DNA of 63,970 bases, filler included, from Myxococcota bacterium (GCA_049322255.1; 3 parts of 3 records of this genome joined end to end with filler, not necessarily neighbours in it), one strand, 5' to 3'; numbered from the whole stretch's first letter, positions 9,601-19,680 are shown. Notes: a model not told the origin generated them from the letters alone. Program-made: numbers and translations.

Positions 9601-11057
9601 GAGGAGCGCGCGGGCACCACCGCCGGCGCGAGCAGCAAGTCTTCCGCCTTCACCTTCGGGCCCGCGAAGCGCGTGCGCATGTAGCCGAACCAATATCCCG
9701 CCAACGCCAAAAGGCTTCCGGCGAAGGTGTAGCCGGCGAGCTGATTGGGCGGGAGCACGAAGAGCACGGTGATGGTCGCCACCCAGACAAGGGCGATGGC
9801 GTTCACCACCGAGGAAAAGCGGCCCAAATCCCAGGGCCCGCGGGTGCTCCAGCGCCCGTTGCTTCGCGCCCACCATCCGACGGCGATGGGCAAGGCGTAC
9901 GAGACGTAGAGGGCGATGGTGGAGAGCGCCGCCATCGCCGAGTAGACGTCGGCCCACATCGCCACCAGAAAAGCCGCCAGCACCGAAGCCCACACCGCCA
10001 CGTGGGGGCTTTGAAAACGCGCAGACACCCGTGCCAAAAGCGGCGAGAAGGGCAGCCCGCCGTCGCGCGCGAAAGCGAAGAGCATGCGCGAGTTCGAGGT
10101 CACCGAGGAGAGGCCGCAGAACCACATCGCCCCGATGACCAGCCACACCAGGACGCTGCCCAACCTGCCCAAGGCGCTGGTGAGCACGTGGATGAAGGGG
10201 TTTGACGCCGCCGCGACCTCCGCTGGGTCGCCCACCGCGAGCGTCACCGCGATGAGCATCGCGTACCCAGCCACTGCGCTCACCGCCACCGAGAGGAAGA
10301 TTCCCCAAGGGGCGTTACGCGACGGATCCACCGTCTCCTCGGTGACGTGCGCCGAGGCGTCGTAGCCGGTGAACGTCCACCCCGCCTGGAGCAGCCCCAC
10401 CCAAAAGCCGTAGAGGTACGTGGGCGTCGGCTCGCTCTGGAAGCGGGTGAAGAGGAAGGAGAGCTCCTGCTTGGGAGCGAGGAGCGCCAGGGCGGCCACC
10501 AGCGCCGCCACTCCCACCAGGTGGTACCAAGCCGAGACCCAATTGAGCAGCGCCACCGCCTTGACGCCCACGTGGTTGAGCACCGCGTGCGAGAGGAGAA
10601 TCGCCGCGTACACCGGCAACACCCGCGTGCGATCTGCCGGCCAGCCGAGCATCCCCACCACGAACTCCGCCAGGCCGTAGTCGATGGCGGCGGTGATGGC
10701 GAACTGCCCCAGGGTGTTGAGCCACGCGGTGAAGAAACCCCACCCGGGCCCGCCAAGAATGGCCGACCAGTGGTACAGCGCTCCGGCGGTGGGGAAGGAA
10801 GAGGAAAGCTGCGCCAGGCTGGCGGCGACGAAGAGCGTCATCACCGCCACCAAGGGCCAACCAAGGCCCACCACCAGCGGGCCGCCGAAGCGCAAACCGT
10901 GGCCGTAGAGCGTCACCCCTCCGGTGAGGATGGAGATGATGGAGAAGGAAAGGGCGAAGTTGGAAAAGCCGCCCATCTCCCGGAGGAGCTGCTGGGCGTA
11001 CCCCAACCGCTGCAGCTGCTCTTCGTCTTTCCGCCTTTGCGTGTCCCGGTCGCCCAC
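9597..11057 (-). CDS. APC-family amino acid/polyamine permease
   Basis: LGYAQQL, FSNFALSFSIIS, GYDASAHVTEET, SRMLFAFARDGGLP; multiple TM helices. Confidence 0.9.
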   Translation of the reverse strand: MGDRDTQRRKDEEQLQRLGYAQQLLREMGGFSNFALSFSIISILTGGVTLYGHGLRFGGPLVVGLGWPLVAVMTLFVAASLAQLSSSFPTAGALYHWSAILGGPGWGFFTAWLNTLGQFAITAAIDYGLAEFVVGMLGWPADRTRVLPVYAAILLSHAVLNHVGVKAVALLNWVSAWYHLVGVAALVAALALLAPKQELSFLFTRFQSEPTPTYLYGFWVGLLQAGWTFTGYDASAHVTEETVDPSRNAPWGIFLSVAVSAVAGYAMLIAVTLAVGDPAEVAAASNPFIHVLTSALGRLGSVLVWLVIGAMWFCGLSSVTSNSRMLFAFARDGGLPFSPLLARVSARFQSPHVAVWASVLAAFLVAMWADVYSAMAALSTIALYVSYALPIAVGWWARSNGRWSTRGPWDLGRFSSVVNAIALVWVATITVLFVLPPNQLAGYTFAGSLLALAGYWFGYMRTRFAGPKVKAEDLLLAPAVVPARSS

Positions 11058-11082
11058 GCTTCCTTCTACTTCTTTTCGCGAC

Positions 11083-11565
11083 CTACGGAAGCGGCGTTTC
11101 CTCGAGCTGCGCGGGCACCTCGTAGCGCGGCGCTCCCTGGCGCAGCTCGTAGTAGAGGTTCTCCAGCTCCTCGCCCAGCGCCTCGAGATCGTCGCGGGTG
11201 AACTGCTGACGCACCCCCGGGAAAACTTCCGCCTCCTCGCGCTCCACGTGCAAATCGATCTTCTCCTGGAGGAGCTTCCTCAAGACCTCGAAGCGCTCCT
11301 CGGCCGGCTCGTGCTCGAGCAGCTCGGCGATGAGTCGCTTGATGGCCCGGTGCTCGTCGAGCAGAGCCTCGAGCCGCTCCCGCCCCTCCTCGGAGTCGAT
11401 CGCCGGGTAGAAGAGGCGCTCCTCGCTCATCATGTGCGCGGAGAAGACGTCGGCCAGCTCGACGAACAACTCGCGTCGCGCGACGGGATCAAAGGCGGCC
11501 GCCAAGCGCAGGCCGAGCCGAATCGCCTCGTCGTGCTGCTTCTCCAACAGCTTGGTCGCCTCCAT
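11083..11565 (-). CDS. Hemerythrin-domain protein
   Basis: LLEKQH, HMMSEERLFYP, EH, HVEREEAEVFP. Confidence 0.85.
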   Translation of the reverse strand: MEATKLLEKQHDEAIRLGLRLAAAFDPVARRELFVELADVFSAHMMSEERLFYPAIDSEEGRERLEALLDEHRAIKRLIAELLEHEPAEERFEVLRKLLQEKIDLHVEREEAEVFPGVRQQFTRDDLEALGEELENLYYELRQGAPRYEVPAQLEETPLP

Positions 11566-11703
11566 GGTGAAAAGATCGGCACGCTTTGAAAAAAGAAGAA
11601 GTGTTTCGAATCGACCGACGCTGCGCACCTACGTTCGATTGGCAGGCGCCCGGGTGCCCGCTACGAGTGCGGGTGAGCGAGGTGATACGTGAAGGAGCCC
11701 CCG

Positions 11704-12072
11704 ATGGCACTGCCGTTGGTCTTGGTGGTCGACGATTTTTCGGACGCACGAGAAATGTTCAGCGAGTACCTGGGTGCGGTGGGTTTTCGCACCGCCGAAG
11801 CGCGCGACGGCCAAGAGGCAGTGGCGCAAGCACACGCGCTGGGGCCTGACGTCATCTTGATGGACTTGTCCTTGCCCGGGATGGACGGCTGGGAAGCCAC
11901 CCGTAACCTCAAAGCCGACCCCAAGACCCGTGACATCCCCGTGGTGGCGCTCACTGGCCATTCGCCGGAGGAGTTTTCAGCAGGAGCGCGGGCCGCCGGC
12001 TGCGACGGCTTCGTCACCAAACCTTGCGTGCCCGACGAGCTGGTGGCCGAGCTACGGCGACACCTCTGCTAG
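11704..12072 (+). CDS. Single-domain response regulator (DivK-like)
   Basis: VVDD, MDLSLPGMDG, ALTG, KP; AAGGAG SD. Confidence 0.92.
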   Translation: MALPLVLVVDDFSDAREMFSEYLGAVGFRTAEARDGQEAVAQAHALGPDVILMDLSLPGMDGWEATRNLKADPKTRDIPVVALTGHSPEEFSAGARAAGCDGFVTKPCVPDELVAELRRHLC

Positions 12073-13058
12073 GGCGAGACCAGCTTCTTGCCCTCGGTGA
12101 GGATGTCGTCGAGGTTGCCGTGGAGAGCGACCCAGTTGGCGGTCTGCTCGCTGCGCGCGTAGGCGGTTTTCTCTCCCTTGGCGATTTCCAGCCAACCCTT
12201 GGGCGCACCGCGCTGGGAATACTCGATGCGCAAAGAAGCCTTCGGCTCCCCTTCCGGAGGTAGCTGCCCTCGCCCGTACACCTCGGTGACCACCAGACGG
12301 CTCCACACCCGATCGTGCCAGTTGCGCGCCAGCTCGTCGGGTTTGTCCGGCGTTTCCTTGGGGGCGACCTTGGTGGTGGCGGGAATCTCGGCGCCGCTTT
12401 GCACGAATTCGCGCGACTTACCGTCGGCCTTGACCACGAACGCGTCCACCTCGGCGGCGCGGAAGGCGTGCAGCCTTCTATCGACCAGCTGCTGCGAGCT
12501 GGGGTCGAGCTCGGAAATCAGCGTTCCCCCGAGGAGGAATGCCCGGCCTTGCTCGTCCTCCACGAAGGGAGTGCCCACGCCCATGGCCGAGGTGCTCACC
12601 TTGAAGCTCCGGGTTACCCCGGCGGCGGTCACCTCCAAGCGGCGCTTGCTCTCCGCCAGCCCGACCTCTTTCTTCCTCTCCGGGGGCAGCGCGCCGAAAG
12701 CGCGAGCAGCGCGTAAGGGAGCAAAGCGCTCGTAGAGCTTCTCCGCCCGCTCGTTTCCGCGCACCTCCTTGGGAGGGGCTGGTGGAGTAGACACGCCGCC
12801 GTCGGCCTGCGCCACGGCGGCGGCCTCGAGCATTCCCTGGCGGAGCCACGTCACCGGCCCCCCTTCGCCGCCTTGGCGATAGAGCTCGATGAACCGCATG
12901 CCGTCCTCGTAACGAACTTTCTCCAGCGAGCTCTTGGAGACGTCGAGCACCACCACCTCGCCCTTGCTCTGCTCCGGCTCGCGCTGCCAGGTGACGTAGG
13001 CGGCCACCAAGCCGACGACCGCCAGCGCTCCTTGCACCGCTGCTCCGCGGGCCTTCAC
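12069..13058 (-). CDS. DUF4340-like periplasmic partner of Gld-type ABC system
   Basis: Single N-terminal TM; GTGA overlap with the upstream gldG-like gene; family assigned mainly from context. Confidence 0.65.
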   Translation of the reverse strand: MKARGAAVQGALAVVGLVAAYVTWQREPEQSKGEVVVLDVSKSSLEKVRYEDGMRFIELYRQGGEGGPVTWLRQGMLEAAAVAQADGGVSTPPAPPKEVRGNERAEKLYERFAPLRAARAFGALPPERKKEVGLAESKRRLEVTAAGVTRSFKVSTSAMGVGTPFVEDEQGRAFLLGGTLISELDPSSQQLVDRRLHAFRAAEVDAFVVKADGKSREFVQSGAEIPATTKVAPKETPDKPDELARNWHDRVWSRLVVTEVYGRGQLPPEGEPKASLRIEYSQRGAPKGWLEIAKGEKTAYARSEQTANWVALHGNLDDILTEGKKLVSP

Positions 13059-14899
13059 GGCGTTCCCTCCTTGGCCCTCTTCACCCGCCGGCGTCGGGCC
13101 GCCAGATAGCCGGCGAACACCACCGCCGCCGGAGCGAGGAACATGGTGGAGTAGAAAAAGAAGGAGTCGAGCCCGCGGGTGCGCTGCAAGGGCGCGTCCT
13201 TCTCCACGTTGGTGGTACCGGTGATGGCTTCGTCCCCCAAGAGCCACTTGAGCCCGTCGAGGACGAAGTAGGCGTTGCCGCGCGCCGCCGGCAAGATTTC
13301 GTCGGCCACGGCGTCGGAGTCGGCCAACACCAGCGCCCGCCCCTCCTCTTCTGCCTTGGCGGTGGTGGTGGGCTTCCGGGTGACGGCCGCGCCTAGCCCG
13401 AACGCGCGGCGGGTCTCGTTGGGCGCATCGTGCTGAAAGTTGCCGTCCACATCGTTCCAGGTCGAGGCGTGCGCGCGCACGGCGAAGTCCACCGCCACCT
13501 CGGTGGGCTTGCCTTTACGCTCCTCCAGCTGGCCAGCACCCATCAGGTACATCGGCAGACCTTGACGGCCGTTGGTGGAAACCGCCGGGTGCATGGAGAA
13601 GGTGTTGGTGCCGATGATGGTGCGGTCGGAGAGCTGGTGTGTCTTGCGCGCGTAGGCCACGTCGTTGGCCAATACTTGCGGCACGAAAGTCAGGCCCAGC
13701 GGCAAAAGCAACTCGTCGAAGGCCAACTTGGGCTCGGGGTCGAGAGCGATGAGCAGCCTTCCGCCGCGCTCGAAGTAGGCCTTGAGCGCCGCCGCCTCCG
13801 GCTCGGTGAACGCCGCTTGGGGGCCGAAGACGAGCACCGCCGCCGCATCCTTGGGCACCTCGGCGCCCAGACCCTCCGCCACGCTCAAGTGACGCAGCTC
13901 GTAGTTTTGCGCCTTGAGCTCGCCGCGCAGCAAGGCCAGGGTCGCTCGCTGGTCGGCGCCCCCGGCGGCGTCCTCCGTACGTTCGCCGTGGCCCGCGGTG
14001 AGATAGATGGTCTTCTTGGCCCGCGCCACCTGGAGCAACCGCTTCTGCACCTCGGCGTCGAGGTTCTTGAGCTGCCCGCGCGACTTTTCCAACTCCTGGC
14101 CGATGAAGAAAAGCTCCTTGCGGGTGCCGCGGCTGACCACCACCGTGCCGTTGCCCGACACCGACAGCTCGCGCGCGCGGGCGGCGTCCAGAGCGTGGTC
14201 GAGCGACTCGACTTCGAGGAAGGGAGATTCCGCCTTCAAGTCTCCGAGGTAATCCAAGACCTGCTCTGCCACTTCGTTGGCCGGAGGAAAGAAGAGCGAG
14301 ATTTTAAGCGGCTGGTCGAGCGCGCGCACGATGTTGCGGGTGGCCTCTCCCGGCTTGGCGGTGCGGAAGTACGAGAGGTCCCACTTGGTGTCGCGCTCGG
14401 TAACCACGTACATCCCGGCGAAGGAGAAGACCAGCACCCCTGCCAGCCCCAGGCCGGAGAACATCGCGTCGCGCATGCGGCCCAGCTCGAGCTGCGGGGC
14501 GCGGGCCATCGCCGCGTAGGCGAGCTCCATCAGGCCTAAGGGGAAAAGCCCGCTCACCAGCACCGCCGGCCACAGTGCGGCAATCGCACCCGCCAGCTTG
14601 GGCCACTCCTTGGAGAGCGGCTGGCTGCCGAGCTTGGCCAAGGCGTCGGACTGGGCGAAGTACATCACCACCGCTGAAAGCCCTACCGCCATCAAGCCCC
14701 AAAGAACCCGTTCCACGACCTTGCGCTCGGCGACGGCGGTGCGGAAACGGGTCGCGCGCCAGACGAACGCGGCCACCGACACGCCGACGCCGGCGAGGCT
14801 CAACACCGTCCGCGCGGTGCCCGGCGCCACCACCCGCTCGCCCACGTAGATGAGCACCAACCCCACGAAGAACGACAAGGAGACGAGGTAGCCCGGCAT
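13055..14899 (-). CDS. GldG-like ABC auxiliary protein with extra N-terminal TM helices
   Basis: WDLS, IYLTAGHGE, GGRLLIALDP, C-terminal TM. Confidence 0.8.
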   Translation of the reverse strand: MPGYLVSLSFFVGLVLIYVGERVVAPGTARTVLSLAGVGVSVAAFVWRATRFRTAVAERKVVERVLWGLMAVGLSAVVMYFAQSDALAKLGSQPLSKEWPKLAGAIAALWPAVLVSGLFPLGLMELAYAAMARAPQLELGRMRDAMFSGLGLAGVLVFSFAGMYVVTERDTKWDLSYFRTAKPGEATRNIVRALDQPLKISLFFPPANEVAEQVLDYLGDLKAESPFLEVESLDHALDAARARELSVSGNGTVVVSRGTRKELFFIGQELEKSRGQLKNLDAEVQKRLLQVARAKKTIYLTAGHGERTEDAAGGADQRATLALLRGELKAQNYELRHLSVAEGLGAEVPKDAAAVLVFGPQAAFTEPEAAALKAYFERGGRLLIALDPEPKLAFDELLLPLGLTFVPQVLANDVAYARKTHQLSDRTIIGTNTFSMHPAVSTNGRQGLPMYLMGAGQLEERKGKPTEVAVDFAVRAHASTWNDVDGNFQHDAPNETRRAFGLGAAVTRKPTTTAKAEEEGRALVLADSDAVADEILPAARGNAYFVLDGLKWLLGDEAITGTTNVEKDAPLQRTRGLDSFFFYSTMFLAPAAVVFAGYLAARRRRVKRAKEGTP

Positions 14900-15622
14900 C
14901 TAGCGCCACCTCCGCGCTTCGAGCACCCGGGTGGCGGCGAACAAGCCCACGTAGGTGACGACGAGGAAGTAGGCCACGTGGCGCAGGTGCACCAAGCCTT
15001 GCTCGAAGGGCTTGAAGTGCCCGTACACCGCCATCGCGGTGAAGATTTCCGCCAAGGGGCGCTCGGTGGCCTGCGCCGCCAGCCAACACACCACCAGAGA
15101 CACCACCATGCATCCAGAGAGGATCGCGGCCAGCACCTGGCTCTTGGTGAGCGCAGATCCGAAGGTGCCGATGGCCAACGTCGCGCTCCCCAGCAAGAAG
15201 AGCCCGAGGTAACCCGCGGCCACGTGACCCCAGCTCACCTTGCCGTAGCTCCAGATGAGCAGGGGCATGTAGAGGGTGGCGGCGAGAAACACGGCGAGGA
15301 AGCCCAGCGCCGAGAGGTACTTGCCCAGCACAATCTCCGCGTCACGCACCGGCGAGGAGTAGAGCAAGGCGATGGTGCCACTCTGGCGCTCTTCGGCGAG
15401 CAGGCGCATGGAGAGCAGCACCGCGCAAAACATGGTCAAGCCGCTCGAGTAGTAGAAGAAGTCGGAGAGCACCTCCGACGAGGGCTTGGCGGTGCCTTTG
15501 AGAGCGAAGAAGTTGAAGAACAACCCATCGACGAAGAGCACCCCGGCGATGATGAGGTAGCCGCTCATCGTGCGCAGGTAGGCGGAAAGCTCTCGGCGGG
15601 CGATGAGAAGCACGCTCTTCAT
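14900..15622 (-). CDS. ABC-2 permease (GldF-like)
   Basis: IARRELSAY, MRLLAEERQSGT, IVLGKY. Confidence 0.88.
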   Translation of the reverse strand: MKSVLLIARRELSAYLRTMSGYLIIAGVLFVDGLFFNFFALKGTAKPSSEVLSDFFYYSSGLTMFCAVLLSMRLLAEERQSGTIALLYSSPVRDAEIVLGKYLSALGFLAVFLAATLYMPLLIWSYGKVSWGHVAAGYLGLFLLGSATLAIGTFGSALTKSQVLAAILSGCMVVSLVVCWLAAQATERPLAEIFTAMAVYGHFKPFEQGLVHLRHVAYFLVVTYVGLFAATRVLEARRWR

Positions 15623-16551
15623 CAGGCAGCCCTCTGGGTGAGCTTCAAGAAAATGTCCTCCAGCTCCTCGGCTTTGCGGTCGATGCGCAAGACATCGACG
15701 TCGGCCGCCACCAGCGCGCGCACCAGCAGGGGGCGCAGGTCAGGGGAGGCGTCGACCTGAAGCGTGGAGCTCCCTCCTTCGGAGCGCACCACCACCGCGC
15801 GGGTCACCCCCCTCACGTCCTTGACCGCCGCCAGCGCCGGCTCGGCCGCACCCTTCACCTCCAGCTCGATCGAGCCCCCTCCCCCGAAGCGCCCGGCGAG
15901 CTCGGCCTCGGTGCCCTGGGCGACGATGCGCCCGTCTTGAATGACGAGCAGGCGATCGCAGATCTGGCTGATCTCGGAGAGGATGTGGCTGGACACCAAT
16001 ACGGTGTGCGAGCCTTTGAGAGAACGAATCACCGAGCGCATCTCGACGATTTGCTTGGGGTCGAGCCCTCCGGTGGGCTCGTCGAGGATGAGCAGCTTGG
16101 GTTGGTGGACCAGCGCCTGCGCCACCCCGACGCGTTGCCGATAGCCGTGCGAGAGGCTGCCGATGACTTGGTCATCCACCTCGCGCAGGGCCACTTTCTC
16201 TTCCGCCTCCAGCACCCGCGCCCTCGCGCTCTCCGCCGGCACTCCGCGCAACTGGGCGACGAAGGAGAGATAGCCGCCCACGGTCATCTCTTCATAAAGC
16301 GGCGGCGTGTCGGGGAGAAAGCCGATGCGCTTGCGGATTTCGTGCGGGTCGGCCACCACGTCGTAGCCGTCGATCTGCACCCGGCCCGCGGTTGGCAAAA
16401 GCACGCAGCCGAGGACCTTGAGGGTGGTGGTTTTCCCGGCGCCGTTGAGCCCTAAGAAGCCGATGACCTCTCCCTGGGAGATGTTGAAGGAGAGGTCGCG
16501 GATGGCCGCCTGCTCGCCGTAGTACTTGGTGAGGCCTTCGACCTGGATCAT
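15622..16551 (-). CDS. ABC ATP-binding protein (GldA-like)
   Basis: GLNGAGKTT, LSHGYRQRVG, DEPTGGLDP, SSHILSE. Confidence 0.92.
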   Translation of the reverse strand: MIQVEGLTKYYGEQAAIRDLSFNISQGEVIGFLGLNGAGKTTTLKVLGCVLLPTAGRVQIDGYDVVADPHEIRKRIGFLPDTPPLYEEMTVGGYLSFVAQLRGVPAESARARVLEAEEKVALREVDDQVIGSLSHGYRQRVGVAQALVHQPKLLILDEPTGGLDPKQIVEMRSVIRSLKGSHTVLVSSHILSEISQICDRLLVIQDGRIVAQGTEAELAGRFGGGGSIELEVKGAAEPALAAVKDVRGVTRAVVVRSEGGSSTLQVDASPDLRPLLVRALVAADVDVLRIDRKAEELEDIFLKLTQRAA

Positions 16552-16642
16552 TGGGGGGCGTAGATTCAACGCCTTGGGGCACCTGTCAAGCACGACCGGA
16601 CGGGAAAGTGCCGGGGGAGAAAGGATCGGGCATAAGGCGAGC

Positions 16643-17623
16643 GTGGACGAGAGCACCATCCAACGCGCGGTAGACATCCTGCGAAGCGGCGGCCTGATCG
16701 CTCTGCCTACCGAGACGGTGTACGGCCTGGGCGCTGATGCGTCAAACGAGCTGGCGGTGCGCCGCATCTTCGCGGTGAAGGGTCGGCCGGCCACGCATCC
16801 GCTCATCGTTCATTTGCCCAGCGGCGATGCGGTACCCACCTGGGCGCGCGAGGTGCCCCAGAGCGCAAGGAAGCTCGCCGCTGCATTTTGGCCGGGACCG
16901 CTGACGATGGTGCTCAAGCGCAGCGAGCGCGCCTCCGACGCGGTGACCGGCGGACAGGACACGGTGGCCTTGCGCGTTCCATCGCACCCGGTGGCGCAGG
17001 CGGTGTTGCGCGCCTTCGGAGGAGGCATCGCCGCCCCGTCCGCCAACCGCTTTGGCCGTGTCAGCCCCACCACCGCCGCGCACGTTCGCAGCGACTTGGG
17101 AGACGAGGTCGACCTCGTTCTCGACGGGGGGCCGTGCACGGTGGGCGTCGAATCGACCATCGTCGACTTGAGCGGCGCCTTTCCGGTGCTCCTTCGGCCC
17201 GGAGGCGTGGCGCGCGAAGACGTGGAGCGCGTGCTGGGGGTGAAGGTTTCGCCGCCGTCGGCGTCCTCGGCGCGCGCTCCGGGCACCCTGGAGTCACATT
17301 ACGCGCCCCGCGCCGGGCTGGTGGTGGTGCCTGCCCACGCGCTCGCCGCCCGCGCGGGAGCCCTGCTCGAACAAGGAAAGAAAGTGGCGGCGCTGGCCGC
17401 CGGTCTGGTCACCCTTCCGGAGGGCGTGGCGCGCTTCGAGATGCCTTCCGACCCAGCAGAGCGGGCGCGCGCTCTCTACGCCACGCTGCGGGACATCGAT
17501 GCTCAGGGCTACGACGTCATCGTCGCCGCGTTGCCGCCGGCCGAAGGGCTGGACCTGGCAGTGCGCGATCGACTCACGCGCGCCGCGGCCTTCCCCTCTC
17601 CCTCTGGGAGAGGGAACGGGTGA
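16643..17623 (+). CDS. sua5: L-threonylcarbamoyladenylate synthase (Sua5 type)
   Basis: PTETVYGLGA, KGRP, FWPGPLT, APSAN, APG..SHYAP. Confidence 0.95.
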   Translation: MDESTIQRAVDILRSGGLIALPTETVYGLGADASNELAVRRIFAVKGRPATHPLIVHLPSGDAVPTWAREVPQSARKLAAAFWPGPLTMVLKRSERASDAVTGGQDTVALRVPSHPVAQAVLRAFGGGIAAPSANRFGRVSPTTAAHVRSDLGDEVDLVLDGGPCTVGVESTIVDLSGAFPVLLRPGGVAREDVERVLGVKVSPPSASSARAPGTLESHYAPRAGLVVVPAHALAARAGALLEQGKKVAALAAGLVTLPEGVARFEMPSDPAERARALYATLRDIDAQGYDVIVAALPPAEGLDLAVRDRLTRAAAFPSPSGRGNG

Positions 17624-17627
17624 GGGG
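17593..17627. repeat. REP-like palindromic repeat, copy 1
   Basis: CCCCTCTCCCTCTGGGAGAGGGAACGGGTGAGGGG; similar copies at 44361 and 55409. Confidence 0.8.
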
Positions 17628-17713
17628 CGACAACGAAGAACCCGCCAAGAAATTGCCCTGCCACAGCCCTGTGGCAGCCTGAAGCGGATCCAATGCAACC
17701 CAAGGAGAACGTC

Positions 17714-18220
17714 ATGCGCGGGTTCCTCTTCGCCGTTCCAGTCGCCGTCCTTCTCTTCGCCTGTGCGCAGAAGCGCGCCGTGATCGCTGCTCCGGCGCCC
17801 CCACCCGTGGCCAAGGTGCGGGCCGCGCCCTCGGTGTCCGACGCCGAAGAATTCGCCGGCCTCTTGCACGACGTGGTGCTGCGCTTCGACTTCGACGCGG
17901 CGGAGCTCGACGAGAACGGCAAGCAGCAGTTGCAGCGTGTCGGCGAGGCGCTGCGCGAGCGACCGTGGGCGACCATCCGCATCGCCGGTCACTGCGACGA
18001 GCGCGGCACCGAGGAGTACAACCTCGCCTTGGGGCAACGCCGCGCCGACGTGGCCCGCAAGTATCTACTTGCGTTGGGGGTCGACCCGGCCGCGGTAGAG
18101 ACCGTCAGTTTCGGCGCCGAGCTCCCCGTGGCCTTTGGCACGACCGAGGAGGAGTACTCGCAGAACCGCCGTGACGAGCTACACCCCGTCACTACCGAGC
18201 TCCTCGGCATGGCGGAGTAG
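17714..18220 (+). CDS. OmpA/Pal-like peptidoglycan-associated lipoprotein
   Basis: Lipobox LFAC; FDFD, GHCDERGTEEYNLALGQRRA, NRR. Confidence 0.9.
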   Translation: MRGFLFAVPVAVLLFACAQKRAVIAAPAPPPVAKVRAAPSVSDAEEFAGLLHDVVLRFDFDAAELDENGKQQLQRVGEALRERPWATIRIAGHCDERGTEEYNLALGQRRADVARKYLLALGVDPAAVETVSFGAELPVAFGTTEEEYSQNRRDELHPVTTELLGMAE

Positions 18221-18260
18221 CCCACTCCGTCGTGCCATCAAGTTCGAGTAGCATGCCGGC

Positions 18261-18650
18261 GTGGCCGACCTTCCTCCCGCGAACTTGATACTCCAGGCCT
18301 TACACGCCATTCGGACCGAGCTTCGGGGTTTTCGCGATGCGGTCAACACCAAGCTCGACCAGACGAACGCGAGGCTCGATGAGACGAATGCGAGGCTGGA
18401 CGAGTCCGTCTCGAGGCTGACACGCCTGGAAAAGGCAACCACCCGAGGTTTTCTCGCCACGAACAGCAAGCTGGCTACCCTCGCGAAGAAGGTTTCCGAG
18501 CACGACCGCCGGTTGGACCATCTGCTGACGAAGGGCCTCGGCGCTCAAGTGCGAACGCTGCAGGAGCGCGTCGGCCGCATCGAGGCACGGTTACTCTCGC
18601 CGCGCACCCTTCACCGTCCTCGACGGAGCCGCCCCTCCAGAAAGAGGTAA
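18261..18650 (+). CDS. Coiled-coil hypothetical protein
   Basis: Heptad repeats LDQTNAR-LDETNAR-LDE; TAGCAT -10-like box 6 nt before GTG. Confidence 0.65.
   Translation: MADLPPANLILQALHAIRTELRGFRDAVNTKLDQTNARLDETNARLDESVSRLTRLEKATTRGFLATNSKLATLAKKVSEHDRRLDHLLTKGLGAQVRTLQERVGRIEARLLSPRTLHRPRRSRPSRKR
18351..18404 (+). repeat. 21-bp in-frame tandem repeat (~2.5 units)
   Basis: AAGCTCGACCAGACGAACGCG / AGGCTCGATGAGACGAATGCG / AGGCTGGACGAG. Confidence 0.7.
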
Positions 18651-18657
18651 GGCCGCC

Positions 18658-19680
18658 TCAGGCCTGCCGACGCGCGAGCTCAGCCACCGCCCGCACCCAG
18701 GTGGGGTGCGCGTTGAGCGAGGGGACGAGCACCAAGTCCTCTCCGCCGGCGGCCTGGAAGACTTCCTTGGCGCGAATGCCGATTTCCTCCAGCGTCTCCA
18801 GGCAGTCGGCGACGAAAGAGGGTGCCACCACCGCCAGTCGCCGCACGCCCTTCTTCGCCAGCTCGACCAAGAGCACGTCGGAGAAGGGTTGAATCCACCT
18901 CGAGGTCAGCCGCGACTGGAAGCCCACCGTATAGCGCTCAGGAGAGAGCCCCCACCGGGCAGCCAGCGCGCGGGCAGTGGCGTAGGACTGCGCGCGGTAA
19001 CAGTGGCGGTTCACCTCGCTCAGCTGGTCGCAGCAGTCGGGCCGGGCCAGGCAGTGCGCGCCGGAAGCGTCGAGCCGGGTCACGTGCCGCACCGGCAGGC
19101 CGTGGAAAGAGAAGAGCACGTGGTCGGCGCGCGACTTTTCGAGCACCGGCATGCCGACGTCGGCGAAGGCTTGCAAAAAACCGGGGTCGTCGAAGAAGGC
19201 GGGCACCGTCTTCACCGGCAGTCCGGGCCAACTCGTTCGCAACAGCTCCGCCACCCGCTGCACGGTCGACTCGGTGGAGGAGGTGGCGAACTGCGGGTAG
19301 AGGGGAAAGAGCACCAGCTCGGTGACGCCCTTGTCTTTCATCGCGGCGAGCGCATCTTCCAGCGTGGGCTTGCCGTAGCGCATCGCCAAGTGCACCACGA
19401 ATTCCCCTTCGAGCATCCGCGCCACCTCGCTCACCAGATCGAAGGAATTCCACAGAAGCGGCGAACCGCGCTCGCTCCACACTTTGCGGTAGGCCTGGGC
19501 CGACTTCGACGGGCGAGACGGGAGAATGACCAAATGAAGCAGGAGCCAGCGCACGGGCGCAGGCAGGTCGATGACGAACGGGTCGGAGAGAAACTCGCGC
19601 AGGTAGCGGCGTACGGCGCCGGTGGTGGGCGCGTCAGGGGTGCCGAGGTTGACCAGGAGCAGCCCGCGGGTGGTGCCCAT
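18658..19680 (-). CDS. hemH: Ferrochelatase
   Basis: LLVNLGTP, YLREFLSD, AMRYG, PLYPQF, FSFHGLP, FQSR, DCLETLEEI. Confidence 0.96.
   Translation of the reverse strand: MGTTRGLLLVNLGTPDAPTTGAVRRYLREFLSDPFVIDLPAPVRWLLLHLVILPSRPSKSAQAYRKVWSERGSPLLWNSFDLVSEVARMLEGEFVVHLAMRYGKPTLEDALAAMKDKGVTELVLFPLYPQFATSSTESTVQRVAELLRTSWPGLPVKTVPAFFDDPGFLQAFADVGMPVLEKSRADHVLFSFHGLPVRHVTRLDASGAHCLARPDCCDQLSEVNRHCYRAQSYATARALAARWGLSPERYTVGFQSRLTSRWIQPFSDVLLVELAKKGVRRLAVVAPSFVADCLETLEEIGIRAKEVFQAAGGEDLVLVPSLNAHPTWVRAVAELARRQA

Noticed and set aside
7650..10308. Long overlapping ORFs (851 aa +, 621 aa -) and similar ones elsewhere, e.g. 34808-37558
   Set aside because: Arg/Gly/Ala-rich shadow frames of real genes, expected in high-GC DNA
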